A DNA stretch of 64,000 bases from the human T2T-CHM13v2.0 reference genome, Homo sapiens, in the NCBI RefSeq assembly GCF_009914755.1, contig NC_060929.1. One strand, 5' to 3'. Shown here piece after piece: positions 48,410-64,000 of this stretch (position 1 is its first letter; the number at the start of each line of letters is the position of its first letter). A model generated the notes under the pieces. The model had not been told where the DNA came from and ran no database searches. It saw nothing but the letters and a program-made list of their open reading frames with translations. Both the position numbers and the translations under genes were made by a program.

Positions 48410-49627
48410 TTTTTTTTTAAGACAGAGTCTCGCTCTGTTGCCTAAGCTGGAATGCAGTGGTGCGATCTTGGCTTACTGCAACCTCCACCTCCCGGGTTCA
48501 AGTGATTCTTCTGCCTCAGTAGAATACAGTAGCTGGGACTACAGGCACGTGCCACCACACCCAGCTAATTTTTGTATTTTTAATAGAGACAGGGTTTCAC
48601 CATATTGGCCAGGCCGGTCTCAAACTCCTGACCTTGTGATCTGCCCCCCTCGGCCTCTCAAAGTGCTGGGATTACAGGCGTGAGCCACCGCGCCTGGCTG
48701 TATTTTTAAATCCTCTCATCATCTGTGTAGCTTAAAGCTCAGCAACCTGACAATCTGGCTTTCTTCCTCCCTCTTATTCCTTCTCGGTCTCTTTACTGAC
48801 TCCTCCTCTGATCTCCTTTCGAGATCATGTTTCTTTGAGCATTGCCTGCATCAGAATCACTTGGAGTGCTGGTTAATAAAGCCAAGGTCGCAGAGCTGTG
48901 GCCTGAGAACCTTGATTTTTAGCCAGCTCCCTAGTTCATTTCTTTGCTCTTTAGAGTTTAACAATTAATACTTTAAATACTAACCTTCTTCAAAATTCTC
49001 TCCTTATGTTCTCTTACTTATTCTTTTACACTTTCACTGGCACACCATCTGGCAAGTAGCAGAGAGAAAAATTATATATATATTGTTTTGGGGTCTCTCT
49101 CTGTCACTCAGGCTGGAGTCTAATGGTGTGATCATAGCTCACTGCAGCCTTGAACTCCTGGGTTCAAGCCATCCTCCCACCTCAGCCCCGGTAGCTGGGA
49201 CCTCAGGCGCACACCACTGCGCCTGGCTGATTTTTTTATGTTTTCTATTTTTGTAGAGCTGGGTCTCACCATCTTGCCCAGGCTAGTCTCAAACTCCTGG
49301 GCTCAAGCAGTCCTCCCATCTTGGCCTTCCAAAGTGCTAGAATTATAGGCGCGAGCCACCGCACCTGGCCAGAAAAAATATTTCTGAAAATATTGAATAA
49401 TTTCATCCAAAGCTATAGTTTCAGGTATTGCCTATGTGTTGATGAGGACTCTCTAAATTATATCTCTAGGCCACGTCTCTGCTGAGCCTCAGACTAAATT
49501 CTCAGCTGCCAATTATACAACAGGTATTCCAAACTTAAAAACGTTATGTAAAACTGAGTTTGTTATCTTTCCTGTAAAATCCTTTTCATACTTGCAAATT
49601 CATTCCTTCTTTAATTTTTCCTCTTAA

Positions 49628-50071
<444 letters not shown>

Positions 50072-50407
50072 TAGTAAAGACGGGGTTTTGCCATATGGGC
50101 CAGGCTGGTCTCGAACTCCTGACCTCAAGTGATCCACCTGCCTTGGTCTCCCAAATTTTAAAATATTACCCTTAGAGAGAGTTTAGTATAGCAACAGTAC
50201 ACAAAACTTTGAAGTATTACAGTGGATGATGAAAAGTGCTTATTCAGTAAACAATTCAATGTGACTAGATTCAGTATGTGTTTAGATTGCCAGTTTTCCA
50301 TGGGGAAAGCAATTGCCTAAACTTTCTCCCTATTCTGAGAGGCATTTCCTGGAACTCACACTCCATTTAATCATGACCATCTCGGTGCCCATTGGAAAGA
50401 TTATGGC

Positions 50408-50993
50408 TGCTGTGGGCTCAATGTGTCTCCTCAAAATTCATATGTTGAAATCCTAACCCCAAATGTGATGACATTAGGAGGTGAGGACTTAGGAGGGAGG
50501 TAATTGGGTCGTGAGGGTGGAGCCCATGACCTAATTACTCAGAACCCAACCAGACTGACACCCTGATCTCTGGCTTTCAGCCTCCAGAACGCTGAGAAAT
50601 AAATTTCTGGTGTTTGTAAGTCACCCAGTCTATGGTATTCTGTTAAACAGCCTGAACTAGGCTGAGCGTGGTGGCTCACACCTGTAATCCCAGCATTTTG
50701 GGAGGCTGAGGTGCGTGGATCACCAGAGGTCGGGAGTTCGAGACCAGTCTGGCCAACATGGTGAAACCCCATCTCTACTAAAAATGCAAAAATTAGCCGG
50801 GTGCGGTGGTGTGCACTTGTAGTCCCAGCTACTCAGGAGGCTGAGAAAAGAGAATCGTTTGAACTTAGGAGGCAGAGGTTGCAGTGAGCCAAGACCATGC
50901 CACTGCACTCAAGCCTGGGCAACAGAGCAAGGCTCGGTCTCAAACAAACAAACAAAAAAACAAAAAAACAAAATGGCCTGAATTGACTAAGAA
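50408..50993 (+). mobile_element. MLT1A-type LTR interrupted by an Alu
   Basis: tgctgtgggctcaatgtgtctcc...aaattcatatgttgaaatcctaacccc...agaaataaatttctg...gactaagaaa. Confidence 0.78.
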
Positions 50994-52224
50994 AATGGCT
51001 GCTGATGGCAGAAATCAAAGGAAGAGAATCTTCTACTCAGTACTACAGAGTCCTACAACCAGTCTAGCAGTGGCTTAAGAACCTGGACTGGCCAGGCATG
51101 GCTCACACCTGTAATCCCAGCAGTTTGGGAAGCCAAGGCAGGAGATTCCCTTGAGCCCAGGGGTTAAACAGCAGCCTGGGCAACAAAGCAAGACTGCATC
51201 TCTACAAATAATTAAAAAAAAAAATTAGCCAGGCGTGGTGGCATGCACCTGTGGTCCCAGCTACTCAGAAGGCTGGGGCAGAAGGATTGCTTGAACCCAG
51301 CTGGTCAAGGCTGCAGTGAGCCATGACTGAGCCATAGCTCTCCAGCGTGGACCACAGAGTGAAACCCAGTCTCAAAAAACAAAACAAGAACCTGGACTTA
51401 GAAAAGATGGAGTAGTGAATTCAAACCACAGACTCTTTCTCTTATTTATTTTCTCAAGGAATGGAGGAAAAATCCTAAAAAGCAGAAAAAAATCATTTAC
51501 TGCCAGCAGCCAAAAAAGGAAAGAGGTACAGCCTCATATATCATCTTCACAATGGGGTTGGAGGCCAAGAAGAGGAACAGAAGATTCTGCTGTGGTTTTG
51601 GTTAACCTCTAAGAATGCTCATCAATCTTCCCCAGTTTGGAGATATGGAGACAAGGGTAGGTCCAGAGAAAAAATAAGGGAGACATTGTAGGAACCAAGG
51701 TCCTATCTTACCACTCCAGATTTTAGCAGAGAGCTAAGAATCTGTTCAGGTTTTTTTTTTCATTTTCCAGGGTTTATCACTGAATATGGGGCCTGAGCTA
51801 GCCTCCATGAACATAGGCTACACCTCCAAATGGGTGGAGTGAGCCTTGACATGGAACACTTAACCTGAACTCAGGAGAACAGAGCCCAGGCTGATCAGTT
51901 CCAGCCAAGCTCTCCCTTCTGCTCTAGTAATATTGAGACCTCAGATAGTAGCTTCAAGGAAACGTGGTAAGTCTCAGAAAAGGCAGGAAGGCAGTCATAG
52001 AGACTTGACTCTCATCATATCAGAAAAATGAAAGCTCTGAACAGAGATGCCTACATTGATCATTAACAAGTGACCATGAAAAGGTGACTATGCAAATGTG
52101 CTATGGGAAAAAAAAAAAAAAGCATAGCATGAAAAAGATAGATGAGCCTTGTTTGAGAAGAAAAGCCACCCAAGAAGCAAGGAAATAGTATGTTTGAGCT
52201 ATAATTATAGCCTACACTAACTGA

Positions 52225-52485
<261 letters not shown>

Positions 52486-52860
52486 TAGCCAGGATGGTCT
52501 CAATCTCCTGACCTCGTGATCTGCCCACCTCGGCCTCCGAAAGTGCTGGGATTACAGGTGTGAGCCACGGCGCCTGGCCTTCTTTCTTTTTTTTTTTTGA
52601 TTTTTAATTTTTAATTTTTATTTATTTAATTTTTTTTTTGAGATGGAGTCTCACTCTGTCACCCAGGCTGGAGTGCAGTGGCGTGATCTCGGCTAAGTGC
52701 AACCTCCACCTCCCAGGTTCATGCCATTCTCTTGCCTCAGCCTCCCCAGTAGCTGGGACTACAGGCGCCCGCCACCACGCCCAGCTAATTATTTGTATTT
52801 TTAGTAGAGATGGGGTTTCACTGTGTTAGCCAGGATGGTCTCTATCTCCTGACCTCGTGA

Positions 52861-52977
<117 letters not shown>

Positions 52978-53567
52978 TAGATGAACTGAGGTTAAATTAC
53001 TTATGGATAGCAGGTGGCCAGTTAACCTATGTAGTCCAACTTCAGAGACCTGGTTTTGGGCATCTTTACTGTGATGATTTAGAATATAAGTAGTTGAACA
53101 AGTTGGTCCAAAATGCAATAATAAACAGCTGAATAAAATAAAAGAGACTAAACCGCTGATAAGACAAATTGAGGATCAAATAATCACAATTTCCACATTG
53201 ATGAATAAAATAGGAGTGAATGAAGAGACCAGATGGAAAACAAAATTACTTACATAAAGTTTTATGATTATCAAATTGAATGGAGAGGGAGAAGACACAC
53301 CTTGAAAATGATTAAAGAGGAGGTAAGTTATACAGAGGACAGACATGGTGCATAGTAAGAATAGTGGCAGAGAACTGAAAAGTGTTACAGAAAAAGTATT
53401 CAATGACTTAATGAAAGATAATATTCCTGAAATAAAGGAAAAACTGAATCTGAGCTAGAAAAATTACTCTGTTCTTTAGGAAATTTTCCTGTACAACAAC
53501 TAACTCTAAACCATGTCTTGATGAAATCATTGCATTTTAAGGAGTCCCCTATAAAAGGGAAATATGA

Positions 53568-53790
53568 TCCCTTCCCTTCCCTTCCTTCCCTTTTTCCTTT
53601 CCTTTCCTTCTCTTTTTCCTTTCTTTCTCTCCTTCCTTCCTTCTCTCTCTCCCTCTCTCTTTCCCTCTGTCCCTCCCTCTCTCCTTCCTTCCCTCTCTCC
53701 CTCTCTTTTTCTTTCCCCCTCCCTCCCTCTTTCTTTCTTTCTTTTTCTTTCTCTCTCTCTCTCTTTCTTTTCTTTCTTTCCTTCTTTCTG
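53568..53790. repeat. CT-rich polypyrimidine low-complexity tract (Alu tail expansion)
   Basis: About 220 bp almost exclusively C/T, abutting a minus-strand Alu. Confidence 0.93.
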
Positions 53791-53942
53791 ACAGGGTCTT
53801 GCTCTGTTGCTCAGGCTGAAGTGCAAGGACATGATCTGGGCTCACTGCAACCTTGACCTCCCAGGCTTGCTGAGCAATCCTCCTGCCTCAGCCTCCTGAG
53901 TAGCTGGGACTATAGGTACCCGCCACCATACCCAGCTAATGA

Positions 53943-54194
<252 letters not shown>

Positions 54195-54582
54195 TGATCC
54201 GCCCGCCTCGGCCTCCCAAAGTGCTGGGATTACAGGCATGAGCCACCGCGCCCGGCCACTCACATTATATTTCTTGACAACAAATGTAATGGCAGAAGAC
54301 AAAGGAGAAATGTCTGCTAGGTTCTGAGGAAAGAAAAGATGGACACAGATGTTTTATGCCAAGTTGTTATTCAAGTCTAAAAGCAGTAGTCTTTCTCAAA
54401 TATGGATAATATCCTATGATTAGCATTGAATGCATATAAATATAGGACTAATACTAAAGAATTATGGGAACTGGCCAGGTGTGGTGACCTGTAATCCCAG
54501 CACTTTGGGAGGCTGAGGTGGGTGGATCACCTGAGGTCGGGAGTTTGAGACCAGCCTGACCAATATGGTAAACCTTCAGTAG

Positions 54583-54702
<120 letters not shown>

Positions 54703-54704
54703 TA

Positions 54705-54956
<252 letters not shown>

Positions 54957-54959
54957 TCA

Positions 54960-55121
<162 letters not shown>

Positions 55122-55409
55122 TTAAGCCTTAACAAAACAAAATATAATTGTATAACTATCAACCTTGGAAGAGGAGGTTGCAGTTAACATTTCCTTTGGT
55201 TTCATGTGAACTGCTTTCTCTTCTATTAAAATCCTGTAAAAAGACTGTATTACTATTATAATCTAATTTGAATAACCATTTTAATTTACATACCCTTTTC
55301 AATATTTATTTGATATTTCAATGAATGAATTTGTGAGTCTACGGTTTTCTGGATTGAGGGCCGCCTTAATATCTCAGGAGTTATTTCTGGGTGGTGTTGG
55401 GGGTATTAA

Positions 55410-55619
<210 letters not shown>

Positions 55620-56284
55620 TAGCCAGGATGGTCTCGATCTCCTGACCTCGTGATCCACCCGCCTCGGCCTCCCAAAGTGCTGGGATCACAGACGTGAGCC
55701 ACTGCGCCCAGCTGGTATTAAATGATTTTATATTTTGCCCTTTGCATTTTTCTTCATCACTTAGTGTTTTATAATGTGTGTGTGCTTTTAAAGAATAAAA
55801 CAATGAGGCTAGGCATGGTGGCTCACGCCTGTAATCCCAGCACTTAAGGAGGCTAAGGCAGGCAGATGGCTTGAGTCCAGGAGTTCCAGACCAGTCAGGG
55901 CAACATGACAGAACTCTGTCTCTACAAAAAATACAAAATATAGCTGGGCATGGTAGTGTGTGCCTGTAGTACCAGCTACTGGGGAGGCTGAGGCGGGAAG
56001 ATCACATGAGCCTGGGAGTTAGGAGGTTGCAGTGAGCTGTGATGGCACCACTGCACTTCAGCCTGGGCAACAGAACCAGACTCTGTCTCAAGGAACAACA
56101 ACAACAAAAGAATAAAACAATAAAGTCACTCTTATTTAAGAGAAAGAAACAAGTCCATATAAGTCCAATCTCGAGAAAGTCCTTTCTGGATTTTCCAGCT
56201 ATCCCTTAGGATCCCAGCCTGCCATCAAAATCTGGCTCTTGGGCACGTGTTCTCAGCATCTCCAGAGGGCTGTGTCAGGGGCCA

Positions 56285-56322
<38 letters not shown>

Positions 56323-56650
56323 AAGAAAAACAAAACATCTAGCTCTCCCATAGACTAATTAAAGTGACTCATCACCATGCAAGCTTTCTTCCCTGTCAAA
56401 GAGTAAACACAGAGATGCTATCCTTTGTCTAACTAACGGAATACCTTTTTCAGAGACTTGAGAGGCTGGGAGTGAGAACTAGTTAATGAGAGTAAGAAGC
56501 ACACAGATTTTTGAAAGTACAAGAACATCTCGGAAGTGAGCTAAATTTTTCATACTGGCTGGGCGCGGTGGCTCACGCCTGTAATCCCAGCACTTTGGGA
56601 GGCCGAGGCGGGCGGATCACGAGGTCAGGAGATCGAGACCATCCTGGCTA

Positions 56651-56876
<226 letters not shown>

Positions 56877-57082
56877 CTATGTTTCAATTTCTTCCTGGAG
56901 TGACAAATCCTGCAGTTTCATTGTAAAGTAAGAGTTTTGTAGGGGAGTTTAACCCCTTTCTTTCCTTTCACTTGGAGCCTCAGCTGGTCTTGGCTCTGTC
57001 CAGTCCCTCACATCACTTTTCTGCCTGGGAGGCAGTGGATTCCTCAGGCATGAAAAGCATCGTGGCCGGGCGCAGAGGCTCA

Positions 57083-57425
<343 letters not shown>

Positions 57426-57510
57426 TTACATACGAGAAAATGCTAATATGACTAATGTTTAAGACTAATTCTTATTTAATAGAGAATATAATCATAACAT
57501 TCTAGATGGT

Positions 57511-57513
<3 letters not shown>

Positions 57514-57554
<41 letters not shown>
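57514..57554. repeat. (TG)n microsatellite
   Basis: About 20 TG units. Confidence 0.95.
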
Positions 57555-57557
<3 letters not shown>

Positions 57558-57570
57558 TAATTTTTTTTAA

Positions 57571-57660
<90 letters not shown>

Positions 57661-57940
57661 TGATCCTCCCATCTCAGCCTACTGAGTAGCTGGGACTACA
57701 GGCACACACCATCATGCCCAGCTAATTTTCTGTATTTTTTGTAGAGATGAGGTTTCACCATGTTGCCCAGGCTGGTCTCAAACTCCTGGGCTCAAAGTGA
57801 TCTGCCTGCCTGCCTTTGGCTCCCAAAGTGCTGGGATTACAGGCGTAAGCCATTGCACCCAGCCTGGATGTATATTCTTTACATTTTTCTTTATTTTGCA
57901 AAATTTGAAAAATGAACACATTTATGTCCAGAAAAAAAAA

Positions 57941-58078
57941 TATATATATATATATATAATATATATATATATAATATATATATATAATATATATATATAA
58001 TATATATATATAATATATATATATAATATATATATATAATATATATATATAATATATATATATAATATATATATATAA
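57941..58078. repeat. Interrupted (TA)n array
   Basis: About 140 bp containing only A/T, made of (TA)4-9 runs separated by an extra A. Confidence 0.95.
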
Positions 58079-58756
58079 TTAAATCACAGATTCTGCAAGG
58101 GATTTTAAAAATATTTATATTCCCTAACTATTCCTGCTCACAACAAAACAACAATTGTATTAATTTCTCCTTTAAAAGTTATACCCTTGAAGGAGGCCAA
58201 CAGTTTAAAAAGGAAATTTAGAACAAATAAAAGGAAATAACTTCTTCATGTGACTTGTGGTCAGCTAGAGGAATTTGCTGTCAAAGAAGGTCAACCGGTC
58301 AAACGCAGTCCTTGGGTGGTTTGCAAGGCCAGGGAAATAAAGCCGTCTTCAGGTAGTAATTGCTGGAGGAGGGGAGCATCGCCTTGGGAGGCAAGCCGGA
58401 GCTGCCCTAATTGGCCGTTGCTAGAGGGAACAAGATGTCCAGTTTTAGTGCAAAGAAAAGTTTCAGCTTGAACTGGTAACAGGAACATACTCTCGACCTT
58501 GATTTGGATATTCGGAACAAAATCCTGCTGATGAATGGCTCATTCAAACTGAAGCTACTTTCGTTTTAATGCCACATTTGACCTTTGGTCAGGCCAATGG
58601 ACTCACACTAATTGGTGGCCATGTGGTAGTCACTGTTATTCATGTACACACTGGATCTTTTATTGAATTTAAGGTCCTGGGCCAGGCCCTGGCAACACAG
58701 AAGGGCTCAAGGTCTACCAAGGAAAACAGGTACATTTAAAAAATAATAATAACTTA

Positions 58757-59089
<333 letters not shown>

Positions 59090-60068
59090 CTATGGGGACA
59101 TAGAAGGAATTCATTCTGCTGAGTTGGGGATCAGGAAATGCATTGTCCCAAACTTTCTTAAGAGTCTTTCCTGAATACTTGCTGGAAGAACAAATTCCTT
59201 AGCCCCAACCTTGACTTACTGAAGAAGGTCCGAGGGAGAGGCCAGAAATCCCTATACTTAACAAGTGCCCTGGGGGCCATTTGGGAAACTTGAGTAGGTA
59301 GGAGTTTGCCACCTGAAATCGGGGGCAGGGTTTACTCAGGATAGATAAGTGCTTCTGTGTATATGTATCACCTCTGAGTATATGAATCACCCTGGGATGT
59401 GTTAAAATGCAGATTTGGATTCAGTAAGTCTAGGTTGGGTCCAGGATTTCATTTCTAACAGGCTCCCAGTTCTGTCAAATCAGCTGGCCAACCAGCCACA
59501 CTGAGCAGCAGGCTTTTATCTCTATGACTTCTTGACCAGGCACCGTGGCTCACCCTGTAATCCCAGTACTTTGGGAGGCCAAGGCGTGTGGATCACTTGA
59601 GGTCAGGAGTCTGAGACCAACCTGGCCAACATGGTGAAAACCCCATCTGTACCAAAAATAAACAAATTAGCCAGGTGTGGTGGCGGGCGCCTGTGATCTC
59701 CGTTACTCAGGAGGCTGAGGCAGAATATTTTGAGTCCGGGAGGTGGGGGTTGCAGTGTGCTGAGATCGTGCCACTGACTGTACTCCAGCCTGGGCAACAG
59801 AATAAGACTGTCTCAAAAAAGAGAAAAAAAGAGGACTTCTCATTGCCTTTACCACAGAGTACTGAACAAGGTCCTTGGTGATACGACCTCTTTCCCCTCT
59901 GCAGTCCAGTCTTTTCGACACTCCACCCTGCTTTATGTTCCGACAAACTCAATTGTGATTTGTCTAAAGACACTGGCATGTGTCTCCTCTTCTACCTGCC
60001 CTCTTTCTCTCTGTTCAGCAAGCAGAGAGAAATTCTGGTCCGAGATTCAAATTCCCATGCATTCATAA

Positions 60069-60823
60069 TGTGTCCATAATTGGCTCCTTCTGGTGGGTTC
60101 TTGGTCTCACTGACTTCAAGAATGAAGCCACGGACCCTCGCAGTGAGTGTTACAGTTCTTAAAGATGGTGTGTCCAGAGTTTTTTCCTTCAGATGTTCAG
60201 ACGTGTCCAGAGTTTCTTCTTTCCGGTGGGTTCTTGGTCTCACTGACTTCAAAAGTGAAGCTGCAGACCTTCGCAGCAAGTGTTACAGCTCTTGAAGGTG
60301 GCACTTCCCGAGTTGTTTGGTCCTCTCAGTGGGTTTTCTGGTCTCGCTGACTTCAGGAATGAAGCTGCAGACCCTCATGGTGAGTGTTACAGCTCATAGA
60401 GGTAGTACGGACCCAAAGAGTGAGCAGCAGCAAGAGTTATTGTGAAGAGCAAAAGAACAAAGCTTCCACATCCTGGAAAGGGACCCAAGCGGGTTGCCAG
60501 TGCTGGCTTGGGTGGCCAGCTTTTATTCCCTTATGTGGCCTGCCCACGTCCTGCTGATTGGTCCATTTTACAGAGTGCTGATTGGTCCATTTTTACAGAG
60601 TGCTGATTGGTGTGTTTACAAACCTTTAGCTGGACACAGAGCGCTGATTGGTGCGATTTTACAGAGTACTGATTGGTGCGTTTACAAACCTTTAACTAGA
60701 CACAGAGTGCTGATTGGTGCGTTTTTACAGAGTGCTGATTGGTGCCTTTACGAACCTTTAGCTAGACAGAAAAGTTCTCCAACTCCCCACCTGACCCAGA
60801 AGCCCTGCCTGCTTCACCTCTCA
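60069..60823 (-). mobile_element. ERV9/LTR12-family solo LTR with triplicated U5 unit
   Basis: TGTGTCC...CTTCACCTCTCA termini, repeated GTGCTGATTGG (CCAAT) units at 60550-60745, and three GGTGGGTT..TGGTCTC.CTGACTTCA units. Confidence 0.9.
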
Positions 60824-61933
60824 AATAAGACCCCAGCATCATGAGGATTTCTTCCAGGAAACATCCCTGACCCCAAATCTGGGGTAGGCACCCGTCTTGA
60901 GCCTCTAACTCTCCCTGCCACATTGACCTGGTGGTTTGCTCATCCGACTTCCTTCCCAGTCCATGATCTGTTTCTCTACTCCCAGGACACACAGCCTGGC
61001 TTTCAGGAGCTACTTTGGTTGTTCATGAGTTGAACTGGATTAGATGAAAGGTTCACGTCAAATAGCTTGGCAAACATTTGCAGAGGCTCAAAGATGGGAA
61101 AATTGTGTGAGGTGATTTTAGAATCCACGTAATAGTACAGTGTGAGCCTTGTGAATCACAGGGAAAAGGTAACTGAAAATACAGCAGGGCTTGACTTGTG
61201 CAACTTGACTCTGAAGAAACCAGCCAATATTGGAACTGTGGGTCTCAGGTTTAACCTTATTCTGAGTCAAACATTTGAGAACCTGATGAGGGCTATGGGA
61301 CCCATATGACCTAAAAAATGACCATATGAACAAAAAGATATAAAGACAACATCTTGCAAATTATTTCAGGGGCAGTTTAGAGACTCCCTGAAGCCAGCGG
61401 ACCCCATGTTAAGAACTTTGACATCAGAGGAGATCCCGTGGGGATAACGCTATAACTGCCTGCGGTACAGGATGGATTACATCAAGCCCTTGGGCTGTTT
61501 CTTGAACACAGTTGTTGGAACACAACTACGCCAGTTCATTTCTGTATTGCCTCTGCTTGCTTTTGAGCTCTAAATGCAGAGCTGAGTAGTTATAGCAGAG
61601 ACCTTCCGACCTGCAAAGCCTGACCTGTTTCCTGCCTGGCCCTTTACAGAAAAGGTTTCTGACTCCTGGAACAGTGTGCAAGCGGTGTGACCAGAGAGGA
61701 GACGCCATGCGTGTGCAGGTCCAGTGGGTTTTCTACACGTACATTCTGCCTTTGGCAAACGAGTGAAAGAGAGGGAGAGAGGAAGAAAAGAAAGAGAAGT
61801 CTTTATGCATTTTAAACTGCTTTTCCTTTTCCAGGCTAAAGCCAAATAAACATAAACCAATGAAACCCAGAAAAGCCTGGTGCCAAATAGTGACATGGTC
61901 ATTTAAAATTTTAAGACCAGACATTTAAAATTA

Positions 61934-62080
<147 letters not shown>

Positions 62081-64000
62081 TTAGTGGGGTGTGGTGACGC
62101 ATGTCTGTAGTCCCAGCTCCTCGGAAGTTTGGGGCAGAAGGATTGATTGAGCCCAGGAGATTGAGGCTGCAACGAGCTGTGATCACACAACTGCATTGTA
62201 GCCTGGACAACAGAGCAAGAAACTGATTTAAAAAGGAAATATATATATGTTTATATATATAATATATTTATATATAATTATAAACATATATAATTAATTG
62301 AATTAAAAGACTAAGATCTAAGATCTGGCCTTTTCCCATTATTTCTGGCAAAGAAGTGTAAAATTTTAAATTGTAATTTAAGTTGGCTTGAAGGACCAAA
62401 GATCTTGGATCCGGCCTTTCTCCCCTAGGTCTGGCAAAGAGGTGGTAGCCAGGAAGGAAAGCACAGGTGTGTCAGACACAGTGGGAAAGCTTCTTCTGTG
62501 ACGGTAGGTAAATTATTTAGCTACAAAGCATTTCCGTTTCCTCTCTTGTAGCATAGAATAATAGATGCTCATTTTCCCAAGGATTGCTGTGAAGATTAAA
62601 TGATATAATGCAGGTCTGCGTAGATTTTATTTGGTTCAGGTCTCCATAAAAAGGATTCCCATTATAAAGTAATCCAGGGATGTTTAGTAAATCCAGCCCA
62701 TAGCAAAGGATCTGGCATATATTTGTTTCCGTGTAAAAGCTTTTCTACAAATGGTGAGTGGCAAGAGCTTTTTCTAAACTTCCTAAGTTGGAAATGTCTT
62801 TTAATGAATGTGGGGTGATCCAAACAGAAGCAATTCCGAACTAGATTATATTGAGGTCAGAAGCAAATTATGCAAGAGATAACTTCCAAGTCTTAAATAA
62901 AAAAGAAAAAATTTATTGACGAGGTGAGGTGGGTGTGGCCAACTAGGAAATTCACCATTTTCATTTACCTGACATCTGCCCTTTAAACGCCCTTCCCCCC
63001 TCCTTAGCCATAATTCATTTCATTCCCATCAGAAATATTTAAAGAACCCTTTGTAACAACTCCACAGTTGTAGGTTGGGATACAATTTCTCTCTTAAGTC
63101 CTTCATAGGGCCCTTTTGTTTTCTGCCTGCTCATAATCTCTCAGCATGGATGTTGCAACAATGTATGGGATGTGCCTGCATTTCCTTTCTTGTTTCTCTT
63201 AGACCCCTTAACCAAGGTTCCCAAGCACTTGAACACATTAACTCTTCTTAGAGTATTTTTTAAATGACACTAAAATATTGAGAGAATAAAGGAGATTATT
63301 TTAGGACAGGGCATAGGAGAAAGAGAAAATATAAGAAGACAATTGCTCTATTTTCTAAAAGATTGGCCAGGCGCAGTGGCTCATGCCTGTAATCCCAGCA
63401 CTTTGGGAGACCGAGGTGGGCAGATCACTTGAGTCCAAGAGTTTGAGACTAGCCTGAGCAACATGGGGAAATCCCATCTCTACCAAAAATACAAAAAAAA
63501 ATTAGCTGGGTGTGGTGGTGCATACCTGTGGTTCCAGTTGCTTGGGAGGCTGAGGTGGGAGGATTGCTTGAGTCCCGGAGGTGAAGGTTGTTACAGTGAG
63601 CCAAGATCACAGCACTGCACTCTAGCCTGGGCCATAGAGTAAAGCCCTGTCTCAAAAAATAAAATAAAATATAAAAAATTAAAAGATTAAGTCTCTCCCG
63701 CTTATGGATATATTGCATATAATGGGGAGTGTGAGATGCCTTCAAACTTAACAGTTACAAGAAAATACAGAATCTGCCAGAATCACAACGACAAGAAAGA
63801 TTCTGAATTGTAAAATATAGACAGAGGTTGGGACAATTAAAAAATGAAGAAAATCCTGCGGGAACCCAATGCACTGAGTTTCAACAAGCCTGGGAATCCA
63901 CTGTCTCTGAGACTCTCACAGCCAGCCAGAGTGGTTTTCCTGGGAAGCTTTCTGAGTTGTTCTCTATGTACAGAGAAGGCATGGGCCAGCCTGGCTTATT

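Noticed and set aside
53518-53856. Charged/Ser-Leu-Phe ORFs
   Set aside because: Translation of the CT-rich tract.

Overview
Alu-saturated primate, almost certainly human, genomic DNA. The only protein-coding sequence is the first coding exon of MYO10 (unconventional myosin-X) on the minus strand. ATG GAT AAC TTC TTC ACC GAG|gtaagt at 10933-10913 encodes MDNFFTE and lies inside a CpG island (~10560-11960). Bases 1-10912 are MYO10 intron 1 and ~11400-64000 is upstream intergenic DNA. The upstream DNA holds roughly 80 Alus counted by eye over the whole window, two ERV9/LTR12-family solo LTRs, MaLR and ERVL LTRs, hAT and Tc1-mariner DNA transposon fossils, L1/L2/MIR relics, a U6 retropseudogene and a small RPL27A retrocopy fragment. 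Nearly all ORFs in the supplied track are Alu or simple-repeat translation artefacts. I see no evidence of a wholly new multi-gene system. The most interesting signals are: three uORFs in the MYO10 5' leader; a 20-bp GC-box VNTR at the promoter; a pure (GGAA)32 microsatellite 8 kb upstream; a co-oriented LTR12 that could act as an alternative promoter; two very young Alus (Yc1 and Yg6-like); a locally templated 70-bp insertion inside an Alu; and several micro-retroinsertions and fold-back scars. Repeat family names come from recalled consensus sequences, not from a RepeatMasker run, and repeat boundaries are approximate unless a target-site duplication (TSD) is quoted.
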